Shown: one piece after another, positions 16,601 to 24,477 of the stretch
How the letters are laid out: every line of letters begins with the position of its first letter
Position numbering within the stretch: position 1 is the first letter of the stretch
Virus record (IMG/VR): IMGVR_UViG_3300046028_006624
Span: 1-24,477 of that record
Direction: 5' to 3' (one strand)
Source of the DNA: a virus
Lineage: Duplodnaviria; Caudoviricetes
Length of the DNA: 24,477 bases
The notes under the pieces: model-generated
The model's database searches: none
The model's input: only the letters and a program-made list of their open reading frames with translations
What the model was told of the DNA's origin: nothing
Translations under genes and position numbers: made by a program

Positions 16601-18296
16601 TACCACCACCTGTTGTTGCAATACCCGTAAATGTTGTAGATGGCGTATAAGTACCACCAGCTTGTCCTAATGAAAGATCGTTAAATCCTGAAGCAGGGCG
16701 CCCAGGCGATACGTGAGTTATAGAACCTACCGTAGCAATTGGTTGTCCAAATGGAGTTGCTTGTGTTAATGCACTAATAGTTAAAATTCCATCACCAGTA
16801 TTTCCAGGCTCTATTACTGCAATAGTATTTGCTAGTGTTGGAACAGTAGCGGCAACAGTTTTTAGTGTGTAATTTGATTCTGGGCCATCTGCTAAAAGAA
16901 CTCCTGAATTTTCATAAGTAGCATCAATGTGAAGCGGCGTACTTAATTGTAATTCAAGTGATGAACCAGTGTCAACGATATTGTCAATTTTAACAAAGTC
17001 ATTAGGTAAAGAACTATCATTAATAGTATCAGTACCAAAAGTTTTGATTAATGAGTCTGTTGTAAGAGCAGCCGATAAAGCATCATATTGTGCAACTGTG
17101 AAAGTTGTGTCAGATGGGTAAGGCTTAGGAATAACAAGTACGTTATTAAATACACCTTTGTCTCCGCCAAAAGGATATGACTTAACATAAACTATTGGTG
17201 ATAAAGATACATCAGTTACTTGAACTGTTGGGTCAAATGCACCAGGGTTTGAATCCACTAACCCTGTGAAAGTTAGAAGAGTTTTAATTGGTGTATTGTA
17301 TGATAAGAAGTCAATCACATCATCAGTTGTGTTAATTAAGCTGTTTCCAACCATATCAACTTTATATACTGAATTATCGTAATCATCAAAAGCTTCTTTA
17401 TTTAAGTTACAGAATACTCCTGTTAATGCAACTGCTGAATTAAGAATAACATCAATTGATTGGTTAGAACCATTGTTATCAATAAAGTCAGGTATGATAG
17501 TTCCTGTAAAAGAACCAGTCATTGTTACACCGTCAAGGCTTAAGAACTCAAAAAAGTTGCTTGATTTGATACCTCTTAAGTCAAAGTATTTAGAATACGT
17601 TGGATCTTGAGAAAGTAATTGTAAATTTGTCCAGTCACCTTTCACAACATAAACGTCAACGAAATAATCTGAAAGATAATCGTTAGGTTGTATGTATGAA
17701 GGAACGTTTCCTCTTCCGTAATAATCATCAGCTGTTATATTATATAACGATGCGTTGTCTGATTTACGAACGATGATTGACTGTACTTCTTGTCCAAGAT
17801 TAACGAAGTTAAACAAACGGCCACGGTTGGCAGGCTTGCTGTCTACTGTTGCTTGTAAGTATGCTTCATCTGGGAACCAGAAGCGTTCTTTGTTGTAAAA
17901 AGATGAAAGAAGCGCTCTTGTTAAGTTACCGTTTGATTCATTTGCCGCGATAGCAAACGAACGATAGTCAACAGCGTCTCCACCTTCATTTACCGGAATG
18001 TTATTCAACGGTAGAAGATTTAATCCGAATACAGGTGCTGTCTGTAAACAAGTTTCGATTGCTCTATGGAAAAAAGAACCACGTTTCTCAAGGAAGTAGT
18101 CAACGTCACCAAATACTTTACGAGATGTAGCGACATCACGCAAAAATACTGGAGCGTTAAACGGTCCTTTACGAGAGAAACCTACTACAAGACGGATAGT
18201 CTGTGTAGTCACAACGATTCTTTCTGATGCGTCAAACTCTATTGTGTAGACACCAGATGCCTTAAATCTATTAAGATCAAGTGTGATTTTGGCCAT
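13611..18296 (-). CDS. Contractile tail sheath protein (gp18-like) with a large internal insertion
   Basis: N-terminal ASGVYTIEFDAS...VVGFSRKGPFNAPV. The C-terminal conserved sheath domain reads VPPSADVS...AGPRRGVI...DRENLEPIGVNPI...SAFNNLHVRDLL...LFEFNDASTR...MDDTNNTPAIIDQNFGIIDVAIEPARG. Confidence 0.93.
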   Translation of the reverse strand: MAKITLDLNRFKASGVYTIEFDASERIVVTTQTIRLVVGFSRKGPFNAPVFLRDVATSRKVFGDVDYFLEKRGSFFHRAIETCLQTAPVFGLNLLPLNNIPVNEGGDAVDYRSFAIAANESNGNLTRALLSSFYNKERFWFPDEAYLQATVDSKPANRGRLFNFVNLGQEVQSIIVRKSDNASLYNITADDYYGRGNVPSYIQPNDYLSDYFVDVYVVKGDWTNLQLLSQDPTYSKYFDLRGIKSSNFFEFLSLDGVTMTGSFTGTIIPDFIDNNGSNQSIDVILNSAVALTGVFCNLNKEAFDDYDNSVYKVDMVGNSLINTTDDVIDFLSYNTPIKTLLTFTGLVDSNPGAFDPTVQVTDVSLSPIVYVKSYPFGGDKGVFNNVLVIPKPYPSDTTFTVAQYDALSAALTTDSLIKTFGTDTINDSSLPNDFVKIDNIVDTGSSLELQLSTPLHIDATYENSGVLLADGPESNYTLKTVAATVPTLANTIAVIEPGNTGDGILTISALTQATPFGQPIATVGSITHVSPGRPASGFNDLSLGQAGGTYTPSTTFTGIATTGGGTGLTVDVIITGAGNVQAIGGVTVNVGGTGYDIGDTITIDGALLGGSSAGNVTIDVSTITGATYTPVATTSTGNVKTGAQNATFTVQVSSTNVTTIALVTPGIKYQLTDVLTISGALIGGVSGVNDITFSPATLLPVPYSNIVATGGSGYSAIFNVNYNAAGVPAVTIVQGGESYVVGEVLTLPLANLGGAPATNGTITINTVSVGPSVSDGDIMLIQAPGYAKYFEVDSVSQLGGIMTVVAKTTGLTNGAPFYQSKFCTAGFPFDEFASYLQPGDINITFLDTHEAAAINLVPDLDINGNDDFGYIASVNTVYSKIVGLGQTETKDNKNNVTLYNISTNLPINSGSDDWHIVDETGVLAAYDIDSNSGDFQSVRIVGTATTNENPFDLQTVGDLIRVTLPGGQQFYVEVNDTAANVPTAVYNGIAPPTGNSIASLAAYEAYPGNKLARNIAGSLVIDGDRIKYGSGTSQYNYLNVTNAWNADKDTYTQIAYGLSGAKVEQYTANTLLNKADATFANVNLTYDGSIIYTDGSATTNDIAIYSSLAKNLSEQIAIEAPGLYGGGKKFKLTPTNAASLEIGDYVVNNNVANPILIRVTAKVKKLDPATGLPFFEYTVLDTPLVDITSGTSKITKFAPIQKFCDRFQFTKLSGFTLTDYHLPGTPAQLEKIYGVLENTNLAVTLADKDVIAFRYIVDTFNGGLEPNMGPKQILSRLAMNRQKCLALLNAPSCAQFQNSTDPRFTDLPDPAAGNPKPVLNTTYIADGGNLSLGPSYIWGLPDEGQGAKFIGVFSPNVIIRENNKEISVPPSADVSNNFVRKFINGEPFAIVAGPRRGVISNPKFVRMEYDYLLSDRENLEPIGVNPIVTVKNVGPMIFANQTAYQRTLSAFNNLHVRDLLITIEEAIEEILQQYLFEFNDASTRLEIRSIVETYLDTVRNAGGVYNYAVIMDDTNNTPAIIDQNFGIIDVAIEPARGIQKFINRMTILKTGTISSGGFSAA
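15995..16660 (-). repeat. Three ~70-77 aa Gly-rich repeats (G.gY..gD.lTI.g..lGG) inside the sheath insertion
   Basis: GGTGYDIGDTITIDGALLGG, PGIKYQLTDVLTISGALIGG and GGESYVVGEVLTLPLANLGG. Confidence 0.8.
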
Positions 18297-18346
18297 TCTG
18301 CTTATTAGTTATTTTTCTTTGATTGGGTTTATTATTCAATCCGTAG

Positions 18347-18354
18347 TATATATC
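18347..18354 (-). promoter_or_regulatory. GATATATA candidate late-promoter motif
   Basis: Exact motif in the terminase-sheath intergenic region, ~50 nt upstream of the sheath ATG. Confidence 0.65.
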
Positions 18355-18383
18355 TTAGTAAAACTATCAATTTTTAAAAGATA

Positions 18384-20207
18384 TTATCTCATTCTGTAGT
18401 TGTGAGACATTGCGTCTTTTGGCAAAACATACGGCGTTGGGGACTCAAAAGACTTAATTGTTTTAAATGCAGTTAAGAAATCATCTTCACCCCTATCGCT
18501 TTGAGACATTGCCTTCTCTACAGCTAGTTTATATATTTCCGATGTATTATCATATTTATCCTCAACCATTTCAAAATAATCTGTAGTATCAAACAGCGAT
18601 ACAAGATTAACACAAGTCATTGCCACATCATCGTGTGCAAGTTGAGATTCATATCTTCCTGATGACGAAATACCAAAAGAACTTAATTCATCAAAGGTTC
18701 TCTTTTCGTTAACTGTGATTTTCTTAGACTTAACTAGGTTACGTAATTCACGACAGAACGTTTCACGGTTATCTTTTTGCATTTTAACACCCATCTTTAA
18801 ACTTGTGTTTGCCATTGAATGCCTTGTGTATAAAAAGATCTCTGGATAAAATTCAGGGTTCTTTGACATTTTTTCAAATATAATGTTTCCTTTAAAGTTA
18901 ATCTCTAAGACTACTTTACAATTTTCAGGTTCAAACAATTCAAACACTAATAATTCTAAAACTTTTGCAAGCTCCTCAACGGATTGCATGTTAGAACGGA
19001 ATACACCTACTTGGTTTAGTCTAAAGAAACTTGTTTCATCTTCCCAATCTCGGGTTTTTCTAACTGATGCAATAGACTGCGGTACTACATTAAAAATGTT
19101 AATCACTGAGAAGTCACGACCTACGCCATCACCAACATCAACTGCAAACACATATTTGTCTTTTCCGTTCCAAGCGTCGCCTGGATCAAATGACGGTAGC
19201 CATTTCAAGTTATTATTATAGTCAGGATAATCTAAGAAAGGATCTGTTTCTTTACAAACAAATTCTTTAGAGACTCTTTTCATTAACATCAATGTATGAC
19301 TATCAAAAAGTAATCTTGATGATGCTAAGAATTGATTACCGTACTCCTGATTAAATAATTCCTCAGAACCAAGGTTACCAATTTCTCGAGATTTCCAAGT
19401 TTCATCTCTACCAGGAACTTGCCACCAGTCAACTCGTATTGGAAAGTAGCTATTCTTATGCTCAATGGCACCTTGATAAATTTCATAAAATAAGTTCATA
19501 CCATTTGGTGTAGAACATATAATGATTCTTGAGATCTGTGATGATGCAAGCGTTGGATAAATAGAACGATAAAATGGTAATAAGAAGTTTGAATGAATAT
19601 GCGCAAACTCATCGGCAAATAATAAGTGGATGGTAAATCCAATAGCCGCAGTTTTTGTTGTTGCTTGTGAAAACAAACGGCAACCATTATCAAACCTCAT
19701 ACCTGTTACACCGCCAGCTGTAATTCCGGGTTTCATAAAGAATGGTAAATTCTTAAGAACAGTTTTAATCTTATCAACAATTTCAGAAGTAGTAGCTAAT
19801 TTATTTGCAACTACCATGATATTCCTATCAGAGTGAAAACATAAATACCAAGCAATGAAAATTGATGATGTTACAGTTTTACCAATCTGACGAGACGCAA
19901 GCATTACAACAAAACGGTTGTCTTGAAATGCTGCAAGCATATCTTCCTGATAAGGTCTTAAACTAATTTGACGAATACCTTCATCCGTCATAGAGTAGCA
20001 GTACTTGTTACCAAAGTAAACTACGTCATTAGCGCATCGTGCTAATTCCTCAAGCTCTTCTCGTGTATATTCGTACACAAGCTCCGGAGCTTTCATATCA
20101 ATCTTACCGTCAAAGAATGGAGAATAATCCGCAGTTAAACCACGCTCAATTCTATCAACCTCATCGGCAATCTTTTTACTATTCCAAATTTTCCCCCTGT
20201 TTGACAT
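18384..20207 (-). CDS. terL: Terminase large subunit (T4 gp17-like)
   Basis: Q motif LRPYQ, Walker A ASRQIGKT, Walker B LLFADEFAH, coupling motif STPNG, FNQEYGNQF, and nuclease acidic residues in VDVGDGVGRDFS and HDDVAM. Confidence 0.96.
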   Translation of the reverse strand: MSNRGKIWNSKKIADEVDRIERGLTADYSPFFDGKIDMKAPELVYEYTREELEELARCANDVVYFGNKYCYSMTDEGIRQISLRPYQEDMLAAFQDNRFVVMLASRQIGKTVTSSIFIAWYLCFHSDRNIMVVANKLATTSEIVDKIKTVLKNLPFFMKPGITAGGVTGMRFDNGCRLFSQATTKTAAIGFTIHLLFADEFAHIHSNFLLPFYRSIYPTLASSQISRIIICSTPNGMNLFYEIYQGAIEHKNSYFPIRVDWWQVPGRDETWKSREIGNLGSEELFNQEYGNQFLASSRLLFDSHTLMLMKRVSKEFVCKETDPFLDYPDYNNNLKWLPSFDPGDAWNGKDKYVFAVDVGDGVGRDFSVINIFNVVPQSIASVRKTRDWEDETSFFRLNQVGVFRSNMQSVEELAKVLELLVFELFEPENCKVVLEINFKGNIIFEKMSKNPEFYPEIFLYTRHSMANTSLKMGVKMQKDNRETFCRELRNLVKSKKITVNEKRTFDELSSFGISSSGRYESQLAHDDVAMTCVNLVSLFDTTDYFEMVEDKYDNTSEIYKLAVEKAMSQSDRGEDDFLTAFKTIKSFESPTPYVLPKDAMSHNYRMR

Positions 20208-20877
20208 TTCCTACTGTGTTTTCATTTGGTTTATCGCCAGCCCTACGTTCAGGTATAGCATCACGAAGAGTTTCTATTAACGCTTTACCGCCTCTCATTT
20301 GATACATTCCTTTTCCTGTATCTTCAACTTCATAATCTTGGTCAATTAGTAATGGCTCATCACTCATCTTGACGCGGTAATCTTCTTTTAGATTTTTGTA
20401 ATTGTTTTCCATGATTACCATGAATTGCGCAAGGTGCTTAACAATTTCCATTTTAGATCGTTGCAATGAAGCAAGTACCTCAAATGTACGTGGGTGTAAA
20501 TTCCCGCCGTCAATTTCCTCAAGAAGTTTAATGATTGCGTGTTCTGCGGTTTTCATTTGAAAAAGCAAATTTGAAACTGTGATTTTGTCAACCACACTTT
20601 TTTGCTTTACATACGGAATACTTGAAATGATTTCAGGGTTTAAATAAAACTCTGCAATAGAATTAACAATCGTTTCAGAATTACTATCAGAATATGTTTT
20701 TACCTTTTCATAGTCCATGAAGTTTCCTTCACGAGCAGGTAACATACTCTTAGCATCTTCAATACTTAATTGAATATCTTCAATTCCGGTAGATAACATT
20801 TTTTCCAGCTCGTCACGGAGTTCCATCTCGCGTTTTTTGTCTTCTGGTATTTTTCTCATATTACTTAGTTTTGCCAA
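20179..20877 (-). CDS. Terminase small subunit (T4 gp16-like), putative
   Basis: Lies immediately upstream of terL and overlaps it. HPRTFEVLASL resembles the gp16-family HPRAYEV motif in a helical context. Confidence 0.7.
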   Translation of the reverse strand: MAKLSNMRKIPEDKKREMELRDELEKMLSTGIEDIQLSIEDAKSMLPAREGNFMDYEKVKTYSDSNSETIVNSIAEFYLNPEIISSIPYVKQKSVVDKITVSNLLFQMKTAEHAIIKLLEEIDGGNLHPRTFEVLASLQRSKMEIVKHLAQFMVIMENNYKNLKEDYRVKMSDEPLLIDQDYEVEDTGKGMYQMRGGKALIETLRDAIPERRAGDKPNENTVGNVKQGENLE

Positions 20878-22858
20878 TCCACGGAAGTCTTAATCGTGGT
20901 ATTGCGTTGTCAATGATAATTCCAAATTGTGCATCTTGAACAATAGTTTCATTTAATATGATAGACTGTTTATCTAAATCAGTTTCAGTTTTATCGTATA
21001 AGCGTAAATTAGTTAATGCAAGATTGCTTCCAACTAATTTATATTTAGAATTTAAACTTCTGTCTATTGGATTAAATGGCATGTTCGTATTACTGTATAT
21101 ATTCTCAAGATCTGTTGTGCGTTCAGGTTGTGGAGTTTCTTCATTCCACTTTCTAACCCAAAGGTTAACTGTTAACTGTCTATAAAAGTTTGACATATTT
21201 ACAAATATTGCATACCAATAATTTTCTACAAGATTTGCATTAAGAATGTTAAGGTATTCTTTTTGTGAATCTTTAAAAATTATATAGCGGCTAGCATAGA
21301 TTGAAATTTTCCATCCAGCTCCATTTGAATATCCATTAAATAAAATTTGTTCATTAGCTGCTTCTGCAATGTAACCAGTGTTAGCAAATGAAGATGCCCA
21401 GTTTGAGTAATAAGTACTCAAGTACTGAATGATTTCATTTTTAACATTAAGCGTGTATACATAACCCGCAGTTACTGCAGTCACTGACGCAATTTCACCA
21501 TAAAGTGCTAATCCGTTGTAGTGGCTTATTTTTATATTAGAACCAACTGCATAGTTTCTTTGAGCTGCAATCGTATACGTTAAAGGAGTTGTCAGCGGCC
21601 CGGCTGTACCTAATGTAAGATATCCTTTAACATTATCTTTAGGAAATGCAGTAGTAGGTTTTAGTTCTTTAAACCACATACACAATGATCTATCAGCAGA
21701 TGCAGGAAAATCTACATTTGCTCTGTACTCAACTGCTGTTGGTTGAACTATTAATTTGGAATCATAAAGAGATCTTAAATCATATTGTGATTCTGATAGT
21801 ATGTTTGTAAAATTTGGTAATTTCAATTGTGATATGATAAGTTTATCATTTATGTTTAAACGAGTTGGATCATAATCAACAGAGCCAATCTTCGGATCAT
21901 ATTGTTGAGGATCTGTTATCTGAATTGCCTCAAGTCTAACTTCTTCTCCAAACCTTTCTTCACTATCCCATGTAAGTTCGTCAAATTGCTCACGTAAATC
22001 TTGTGGCTCATAACGGTTAGCTTTTGGTGCATATTTTTTCAATGATATCTTCCAATAGATTTCTTTTTGCATTAAATCTTTATAAAGATACGAAGTGTCT
22101 ATTTCATATATTCTATTGGTTAATGAAAAGTAAATGATGTCTCGTTTCTGTGGTCCCGTTCCTATACCAAAGATTTCTTCATAATAATCTTTAACGATTT
22201 GAATTTCAAACGGCATCTCAAAGTCAAGACCCATCGGATTAAACAGAATCTTATTGTCAGGAAACTCATTCTTAGGTACAATAACTTTTATACACTTAGG
22301 ATCGTCAACATCATATAAGGTCCATTCATGTAATGTCACATCTTTACCTATTGCCATCGGAACAGCTCTTGCATATAAAACATCATGCCCAAATAGCTGA
22401 TTAATTCCGTATGATAGCTGTTTGTATAACGCAACCGCTGGATTAACTGCGTAAGGTTTAAACGTAAAGTTTTCAATCTTTGTTAAGTTACTAATGTTTC
22501 CTCTTTCAGAAACGGTAAACATTGGAACGAATCCTAAGTAAGGATCTTTAGCGTCAGCCGATTGAATACAGTTAACTTCTATACTATTAATTGTTGCAGG
22601 TCCACCGCTAATTAATGTTATACGGAAGTCAACAAATAAAGTATCATCAGGATTTAAGATTATGGATTGTAAGTTTTGTGTAGTCAGTTCTATCCAAGAT
22701 GCACGAACTCTATTTGATACACCCCAACGAAATTCTTTTTTAAGTACAGCAACTCCAGTGATGTCATCGCACCAGCCTGTAAGTTGTGTAACGTAATGAA
22801 AGGGCTTATCCTGAGTGATTTTTACAAAGTCTCCGGGATTAGATAAAATTGCCAGCAT
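20861..22858 (-). CDS. Neck / head-completion protein (T4 gp14-like) with N- and C-terminal extensions
   Basis: The central FGHDVLYARAV...NPMGLDFEMPFEIQI...F.IGTGPQKRDIIYFSLTNRIYEI resembles the gp14 pattern G..V.Y.PR...FG...P.EGDLIYFP....FEI. The C-terminal SLCMWFK...WYAIFV...LTNLRLYD looks LamG/ConA-like. Confidence 0.65.
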   Translation of the reverse strand: MLAILSNPGDFVKITQDKPFHYVTQLTGWCDDITGVAVLKKEFRWGVSNRVRASWIELTTQNLQSIILNPDDTLFVDFRITLISGGPATINSIEVNCIQSADAKDPYLGFVPMFTVSERGNISNLTKIENFTFKPYAVNPAVALYKQLSYGINQLFGHDVLYARAVPMAIGKDVTLHEWTLYDVDDPKCIKVIVPKNEFPDNKILFNPMGLDFEMPFEIQIVKDYYEEIFGIGTGPQKRDIIYFSLTNRIYEIDTSYLYKDLMQKEIYWKISLKKYAPKANRYEPQDLREQFDELTWDSEERFGEEVRLEAIQITDPQQYDPKIGSVDYDPTRLNINDKLIISQLKLPNFTNILSESQYDLRSLYDSKLIVQPTAVEYRANVDFPASADRSLCMWFKELKPTTAFPKDNVKGYLTLGTAGPLTTPLTYTIAAQRNYAVGSNIKISHYNGLALYGEIASVTAVTAGYVYTLNVKNEIIQYLSTYYSNWASSFANTGYIAEAANEQILFNGYSNGAGWKISIYASRYIIFKDSQKEYLNILNANLVENYWYAIFVNMSNFYRQLTVNLWVRKWNEETPQPERTTDLENIYSNTNMPFNPIDRSLNSKYKLVGSNLALTNLRLYDKTETDLDKQSIILNETIVQDAQFGIIIDNAIPRLRLPWIGKTK

Positions 22859-22875
22859 CCTGAATGTATTTTATG

Positions 22876-22884
22876 TATATATTC
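22876..22884 (-). promoter_or_regulatory. GAATATATA variant of the candidate late-promoter motif
   Basis: ~17 nt upstream of the ATG at 22858, at the boundary between replication and structural genes. Confidence 0.55.
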
Positions 22885-22901
22885 ATGGAGGCTGGCAAGT
22901 A

Positions 22902-23309
22902 TTATTGTGTTATGAGTATTTCATACTGTTTTACTTCTGCAATAAATTCTTCACCAAGAATCTTTACTGAAGTGTCAAAATCACGGCGGGACATTTGAAA
23001 CTTATCACAATACCATTTTACAGTTTCATCTGTAAACTCTGCTTTTGCTTTTTTGTCCTCTTTAACCTTTTTTGTTTTGACGTACATCCACGAGGGTGTG
23101 CGGCTATACATTTTACTCCAGTTGTCCTGCCAATATGAAACAGTCTGCCCTGGGTTAATTCTTAAATGATTAAAGTAAGCTGCTTGCACCGGAAACTTAA
23201 TTGATGCAAAACGATTAATCATAAAGAAATGTTTTGCTCGTTCATGCATAGGAATCTTTTTAAATTCTTGTTGCTTGAACATTGTATTAATGAGTTCGAA
23301 TAAATCCAT
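22902..23309 (-). CDS. Putative clamp-loader small subunit (T4 gp62-like)
   Basis: FMINRFAS...AAYFN...PSW...ETVKWY...S......VKIL.EE.I parallels the short gp62 homologues of T4-like phages (YIINR.LS...ANEMN...SPW...E.VK.YYGYS..KA..AL.IL..EQI). It sits next to a replication nuclease. Confidence 0.55.
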   Translation of the reverse strand: MDLFELINTMFKQQEFKKIPMHERAKHFFMINRFASIKFPVQAAYFNHLRINPGQTVSYWQDNWSKMYSRTPSWMYVKTKKVKEDKKAKAEFTDETVKWYCDKFQMSRRDFDTSVKILGEEFIAEVKQYEILITQ

Positions 23310-23396
23310 TGAGTAGATGTTTATTAGATGACCTTAGAGGCATTGTTATTTATTGATTATATTTGCTACTGTTAGGATAGTTTTAATCTTTTAGAA

Positions 23397-24476
23397 TTAC
23401 ATTCCAAAATCTTTGAAGATATCAGACTCAACCACAATTTTTGGTCCGTTCACATAGTTAGTTCCAGATAATAAATGGGTCATATCATAATTAGCCGCAG
23501 GCAACGAATCATTTTTATGTTTCTCAAATGAGATCTTGAAATTATCTTGTATGTCTTGTGGTATAACTCTCTCATCAAGATAAACTAGAGTTATGTTACG
23601 TTCAAGACGAGATTTAATAACGTCTGCGGCAACAGTCTGTTTACAAGTTGAAGCAATTCCATTAGCAACTTCCATAGCTCTTTCAGGTAAATGATAAATG
23701 TCATCAATGAATTTAGTACGGTTTACGATTTCATAAATACGTTCTGCTTTGGCAGGAGTAACTCTAAATGTTTTTCCTTTTGCTTCCCATGTCCAAACAG
23801 GTGGCACTGCATCACCTGCGTCTCCAGTAATTACTTTACAGAAAATCATAAAGGCTGGATCTATTTCTTCAACAGGAATAGCGTGCATAGCCTCAGCAAT
23901 TAAATCCTTGTTACTTCCCATATAAGTAGAAGCATCGAATAAATCATAGCTTTCAGTTTTAAGCCATTCTTTAAAACCAATAGGAGCAACGATCTTACGA
24001 TTTTTAGAATTTGGATTAAAGCATACGACAAAGTTTTTCTCATTCATGCGAACACATTGAGTTAAATCACCATCACCAGTAATAATAACACTGTCTTCGC
24101 CCTGTTGGAATAAATGATCTGCCCATAAATGCATAAGATCATCACCTTCAGCACGATCTTCACGAGAAACGATAAATCCTTTTTTAGTTAGGATCTCTCC
24201 AAACTCATTCATCATTTTGTAAAACTGGTCCCAGTTAATTTTGGATTCATCCTTAGTACGAGTACCTTTATAAGCACCGTCTTCAATAAGTACATCCTTA
24301 CGCCATGATCTTGCATCAATGGTAAAGATTAATTTATCAGGGCTACCAAAGTTACGAATAGCATGTGACATGTCGGTAGCAATTTTACGCATGAACATGT
24401 CTTGATCTTTTTTATCGTCAAGCAGCCTCTTGCCATTTGAGTAACCACCGAAGATAAACAGTGTTTTGTAGAAAAA
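23397..24476 (-). CDS. rnh: T4 RNase H-like 5'-3' exonuclease (FEN/PIN family), 5'-truncated
   Basis: IDARSWRK...YKGTR, AEGDD, IITGDGDLTQ and ITGDAGDAVP carry the conserved acidic residues of 5' nucleases. The frame continues upstream of 24398 to the window edge (FFYKTLFIFGGY...). Confidence 0.9.
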   Translation of the reverse strand, partial: FFYKTLFIFGGYSNGKRLLDDKKDQDMFMRKIATDMSHAIRNFGSPDKLIFTIDARSWRKDVLIEDGAYKGTRTKDESKINWDQFYKMMNEFGEILTKKGFIVSREDRAEGDDLMHLWADHLFQQGEDSVIITGDGDLTQCVRMNEKNFVVCFNPNSKNRKIVAPIGFKEWLKTESYDLFDASTYMGSNKDLIAEAMHAIPVEEIDPAFMIFCKVITGDAGDAVPPVWTWEAKGKTFRVTPAKAERIYEIVNRTKFIDDIYHLPERAMEVANGIASTCKQTVAADVIKSRLERNITLVYLDERVIPQDIQDNFKISFEKHKNDSLPAANYDMTHLLSGTNYVNGPKIVVESDIFKDFGM

Positions 24477-24477
24477 G

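Noticed and set aside
18321-18341. Small inverted repeat GATTG...CAATC in the sheath leader
   Set aside because: Only 5 bp pair on the transcribed strand, too weak to call.
18530-18537. AATATATA inside the terL 3' end, resembling the promoter motif
   Set aside because: It lacks the leading G, lies within coding sequence and is far from any start codon.
19496-19693. 65-aa minus-strand ORF inside terL
   Set aside because: It is an alternative frame within conserved ATPase motifs and has no independent support.
18384-20207. Intron or intein in terL
   Set aside because: The ORF is continuous and of normal size, with motifs in the expected order and no intein junction signatures.
23358-23365. 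TATATTTG (Bacteroidetes -7-like box) on the plus strand, pointing antisense into the exonuclease gene
   Set aside because: There is no suitably spaced -33 element and no gene to drive; it plausibly arises by chance in AT-rich DNA.
1-24477. Stop-codon reassignment (code 15 or 4), as seen in some large phages
   Set aside because: Genes are full length and densely packed under code 11, with no fragmentation at TAG or TGA.
1-24477. CRISPR arrays, tRNAs, rRNAs, IS elements, DGR repeats
   Set aside because: Intergenic gaps are all short. I saw no repeat-spacer arrays, cloverleaf structures, transposase or reverse transcriptase; the repeats found are intragenic protein repeats.

Overview
This AT-rich window is densely coding, with every real gene on the minus strand. 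It comes from a large T4-like (myovirus) bacteriophage genome, probably infecting Bacteroidetes, and uses the standard genetic code. In transcription order (right to left) it encodes: a T4-RNase H-like 5'-3' exonuclease (5'-truncated), a gp62-like clamp-loader small subunit, an enlarged gp14-like neck protein, small and large terminase, a very large (1561 aa) tail sheath, the tail tube, a gp26-like/gp51-like chaperone pair and a tape-measure protein. These are followed by small hypotheticals, a guanylate kinase, an ECF sigma factor, membrane/lipoproteins, probable virion proteins, a UVR-motif protein and a 3'-truncated fibre-like protein missing from the ORF track. Four things stand out. (1) A GATATATA motif recurs just upstream of gene starts (candidate late promoter), while a Bacteroidetes-type TAnnTTTG box precedes the phage sigma gene. 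(2) A candidate +1/-2 frameshift joins the two chaperone ORFs ahead of the tape-measure gene. (3) A -1 slip at an A9 run would extend the 4-TM membrane protein across the apparent intergenic gap. (4) The sheath carries an ~850-aa insertion with Gly-rich repeats. All family calls come from motif recognition by eye, not database searches.
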